From the NCBI RefSeq assembly GCF_030028105.1, contig NC_092391.1, forward strand, positions 24,773,223 through 24,837,222: a stretch of DNA of 64,000 nucleotides, read 5' to 3'. Below, piece by piece: positions 59,601 to 64,000 of this stretch. Within the stretch, counting starts at the first letter, position 1; each line of letters starts with the position of its first letter. The translations under genes were made by a program, and so were the position numbers. Below the pieces are notes generated by a model. That model worked only from the letters and a program-made list of their open reading frames with translations. It was not told the origin of the DNA and did not search any database. Source of the DNA: Mobula birostris. Its lineage: Eukaryota.

Positions 59601-60199
59601 GTACAAGATTCATAAGTATTTCCTTCTTTTTATCCATAGTTTCTGCCAGCAATCTCTCCTTCATGCAACTTGCTTCAGCTGGGAGAATAACCATTCTAAG
59701 CAATTATCACAGAAGGAATGGGATAGATTGATGAATAATGGAAGTCATTTAACCTAATACTAAATATCAGGAAAGAATAAGGAATTAGATTAAAGTCTGT
59801 TGAATGTTGATAAGGCCACGTGAATTGGAGTACTGGATTCATTTCTGATCACTTCTAATGAGAAATAATATGGAGAAGGACACTATGAAGGAGATTTGCT
59901 GAGATTATAAAAAAGTATACCTCCTTAATCACTAGACCTGGTTGGATGAACCAGAATTTCTTCTTCTTTCCTGGTTTGGCAAATATGTGATTCCAAATCC
60001 ACCAGAGTTGTTAATTGCCTTCTTAGTTCAGAGGTATCGGCAAATGGTCAGCCTTGTTGATGACGGGCAATCCCCTGAATAAATAGTTTTAAAGTATCCT
60101 TCTCATCCTGTGTAACTATTACTTTGTTCTCGTTTCACTTCAAGACAACTTCTTGCACGTAATGGGAATTATCAACATGTATGATGTTGTTTTTCAAAG

Positions 60200-60326
60200 C
60201 TCAGAAAAAAAGCTGTGGCGAAAAGATGACACGCTGTTGAAAAAGCTGATGGAGGTTGAAATGGATGGAGCTGCTGCAGCCAAGCAGGTTGCATCTCTGC
60301 GAAATACCATCAGTAAGCTGGGCACA
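60200..60326 (+). CDS. ODF2: ODF2 exon 6
   Basis: caaag|C TCA...ACA|gtaagt. Encodes LLKKLMEVEMDGAAAAKQVASLRNTISKL (human EAEMDGAAAAKQV). Confidence 0.92.
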
Positions 60327-62449
60327 GTAAGTGTAGCTTTTTTTTCTTTTAATCATGCATTATGTAGTCCTTTCTTCAAGAAAGCTTTTACTCCTGTCTT
60401 GCAATTCCGTCAACTACAAAAACTGAAATGCTGGAAAGAATTGCTAATGTTTGGTGAATGGCCTGAATATTCTGTCTTCTCATACAGTGGTCCACTTAAT
60501 GTGTAGAACTATTCCCTTCAATTTTTCAGAGTATTTCTTCAAGTGATTACTGCTTAAATAATTCTACTAGAAATTTCTGAAATGCCTTCTATTCTATCTT
60601 GAGATCAAGAAGAAAATGTCAAGTGGCTAATTTTGTTGATGAATTCAAAGCAGAAGCAACTTGATCTACCAAGTATTTCTGTCTTTTGCTAATTGTTGAA
60701 GGTTGAATTATGACAAGTCTTGCACAAAAGCGAAGTAAACTGATACTATACTGTACAAAGTATTTAGTGCTACACTGCGTAGTGCTTTAGAAAAGATAGT
60801 AGCTCAGGCTGTGTGTCTGGGAACTGGAAGCCTAGCACAAGCCTCTACCCTCCCTACCACTGTGCCAAGAATCTGCTGCAAATGCATGTCCTCCACTGGT
60901 ACAAACTTCCCACAGCTCCATATGGAGAAGCTGCCTGTTCAGTTGGTATTGGACTGCTTGGAGCAAAGAAAGATGGGGGTGAATCACACGACTTGTATAT
61001 ATATTTTGAGGGTCATGACCTTCAGCTTTGCCTTGAAGAAAAGTAGGGTTGAAGAGTTGGAGAGACCAATCAGTTCAGTAAATTATTGAGCAGAATAGAG
61101 TGGTGAAATAGAAAACAGTCTTTTGCATTGGATGAATTAGGGAAATAAATGCCCTATTTCTGTGTATTACAATGTGATTTCTGATAGATGTCTTAAAGGA
61201 GGAAGATAGGTTTAGTGTTCTCAAACTTTTATGCTTGGAAAGCCATGTACAGGTTTAGCTAAAATTGATGTTGGTACTTTGCTGACAGTGTACGACTGCT
61301 GGGCTTGTGAAGTAATGTTACTCTGCATCCTCCACTTGTGTGTGCTCTCTTGCATAAAAAGCTCTTGTGTATTTGAAGTCTGCAAACAGCATGGGACTCT
61401 GACACTGCAAAAAATCTTTCCAGGAGGGTTAAGGCCTGCCTTGACATAAAGGAACTGACTTGCCTGAGACTATAAGGATTTCAGTTTCCTCCAGTTTTTT
61501 TCTTTTCTTGAAGATAATTTCCCTTGTACTACTTCATACATCCACCCTTGGTATCACCACCATTCTCAAAGTTGTCCCCAAGATTACAAACGGTTTAGTG
61601 ATCTGCTTCCGAAGTTTTGACTAGAAATTTTATCACTGTCATAATTTCAGGAGGTTTTGAAGGAATGTTACTTCGTACAACCCTTTTGAGGTTTACTTTG
61701 TGGGCCATGGCAAGATTAGTCCAGTGCTTTCAATACGACGAAAATATTGTTGTGAATTTTGCTATATTGTCGTTTGCCTAATCATTAGTGTCCATTTCTA
61801 CAATGCCTCTCCTTTAAGATAACTTGTTACTCTATTGAACACAGGACAAGGGGATCCTAAGTGAAAGACGGGTGAAACAAAAGTCTGGGGTTAATAGCAC
61901 AACGAATAAGATAAATAACTTTTGGGAGCTTGAAATTGGGTGTAAGTTTATTTTAAATATGTGGTCTGGAAACTAGGAAATGAAACGGCTTCTGTTTGTG
62001 AGTTAAGAGCCCAGAAGAAGTATATGGGAGCATAACATTATAAATTTTATAAAGAATCCTAACCAAAGCTTTGATACAGATTGAATAGTCTGTTGGAATT
62101 AATAAATGTTATAGCTTGAGAGGGGATATGGTTGAAGAAGCATTATTATTCCTTGAAAAATTAAATACTTCAATAAGAATTTGCAAAAACATTGAGTGGT
62201 GATGCACAAATGATCTTTGCCAAGAAACAGTTGGAAACAGATTTTAATCTAAGCCTCCAGTGCAGATTTCTAATGGCTGCCTGTGCCAACATGGATGAGA
62301 AAAGGAGAAACTTTTTAATGAGATTTGTATTCCCAAGGGGTAGGAGTACAAAATTTTCAGTGGTCCTTTTTTTTTTAAAAAATAAAAATTCTCTATATTT
62401 GCAATGTGAAATTGCAGGTCCACTAAACTTGCTCTTTCTGTACATTAAG

Positions 62450-62581
62450 GAGAAGCAAATGTCAACATCAGAGTGTAACTTGCTATCACGGCAGAAGGAA
62501 CTGTTAATGCAGAAATTGGAGACCTTTGATGCATCAAATCGAACTGTTCGGGATCTACTTAAGGAACAGCATGCACAGGAG
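62450..62581 (+). CDS. ODF2: ODF2 exon 7 (gene continues beyond the window)
   Basis: ttaag|GAG...GAG|gtaaga. Encodes EKQMSTSECNLLSRQKELLMQKLETFDASNRTVRDLLKEQH. Confidence 0.93.
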
Positions 62582-63569
62582 GTAAGAATTTGTCAGCCAT
62601 TGGGTCACTTAATTCTTTTCTGTAGTTGTATTTAGTTAGAAAAGCATTCTTCTGTTTCACCTTCATTGAAGTTGGGCCATTCTGATCATTTGATATTAAT
62701 ACCCAAGCTGGCATTTATTTTGATTTGAGCCATGACACAGTGCAATTACTGTCTGTGATTCAGAAAGCTAATTAATGGCTTCATGTCTCACTTCAGAACC
62801 TTTGACACCAAATCTCGACCAATACTATACTGCGACTCTGAAGTAGTCCAGTGGTTTCGGTGCTCCCTGAAAAAAATAAATTGCAATTTTTCTCCCTTCT
62901 GGGATCAATAATTCAATGGGTGACCTATGTAAAAGATCCAAAATGATGTTTTTGGTTCTTAAGAGTAGAAAGAATGACATCAGCTTAGTTTTCAGCATGC
63001 CCTAGGATTGCTATAATGTATGAAATGGGGCAGGGGCTAGATCTGTCACAAATTTTACCTCAACTGATAGGTTGCCCTTTCTCTGTGTAATGACTCCCGT
63101 TGGAGTACTGGACAAATTAATAAACTATCAAGATCCTGCTCCTTAAGGACAGCACAATTCACCCTTCAAGGCAGCAGGAATAAAGGAAGAAAATCATTTA
63201 GAGATGGGATATAATGTATATATGAACTTAGTTTCTCAATGTATTAGCAAAATCTATTCCAGTCTGTAGGAAGATGTTTGCAAATGGATCAGAAGTATGG
63301 AGGTTCTCTAAATTGGTCACCTTTTATTATGAGTAGCTGTATATCCTTGTTTAATTTCCAAAGGATTTACATTGACTTGCACCTAGTCATATATTAAAGA
63401 AGAAATGAAATTTCGTCTGCTTGGCTGAAACTGATACATCTATACAGTCCTAGCAGACTTCTGCATTTTATTGGACCTATGATTTTCTTTCCAAATGTTA
63501 AATTAATGCACTATATATATATTTTTTAATCCTTGAGTGAATACAAAATATGCAACAACATTTTCCAAA

Positions 63570-64000
63570 GTTGAATCGCAAAAAGTTGGCTTGCAGGTAT
63601 TAAGAAGGCAAACGGAATGTTGGCCTTCATTGCTAGAGGGATTGAATTCAAGAGCAGGGAGGTCATGCTGCAACTATACAGTGTACTGGTGAGGCCACAC
63701 CTGGAGTACTGTGTGCAGTTCTGGTCTCCATACTTGAGGAAGGATATACTGGTTTTGGAGGCAGTGCAGAGGAGGTTCACCAGCTTGATTCCAGGGATGA
63801 AGTGGTTAACCTATGAGGAGAGATTGAGTCGCCTGGGACTATACTTTCTGGAGTTCAGAAGAATGAGAGGGGATCTTATAGAAACATACAAAATTTTGAA
63901 AAGGATAGATACGATAGAAGTAGGAAGGTTGTTCAATTGGTTGGTGAGACTAGAACTAGGGGACATTGCCTCAAGATTCAGGGGAGAAGGTTTAGGACGG
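63570..64000 (+). mobile_element. CR1 LINE ORF2 3' part (cut by the window edge)
   Basis: Encodes LVRPHLEYCVQFWSP...LEAVQRRFT...RMRGDLIETYKIL...RTRGHCLKI. Confidence 0.9.

Overview
AT-rich, intron-containing vertebrate genomic DNA. The repeat repertoire (CR1, Rex/Babar, RTE, Penelope-derived repeats, V-SINE-like SINEs, Tigger and hAT elements) suggests a cartilaginous fish; this is an inference. Four spliced genes can be rebuilt from GT-AG junctions and recalled human homology: the 3' end of CIZ1 (+, 5 exons, 6754-17828), complete BBLN/C9orf16 (-, 2 exons), complete PTGES2 (+, 7 exons, 375 aa) and the 5' part of ODF2/cenexin (+, 7 exons, running off the window). Most entries in the ORF track are intronic noise or transposon fragments. 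The most interesting unexplained signals are: (i) a probable decayed, unidentified multi-exon gene on the minus strand between CIZ1 and BBLN; (ii) Penelope-derived short repeats carrying minimal hammerhead-ribozyme motifs, including a 129-bp insertion with its own TSD; (iii) a nest of LINE tail, Tigger and solo LTR containing a long palindrome; (iv) ODF2 splicing and regulatory features. No prokaryote-type system (e.g. CRISPR) is present. Homology calls are from memory, not from database searches.
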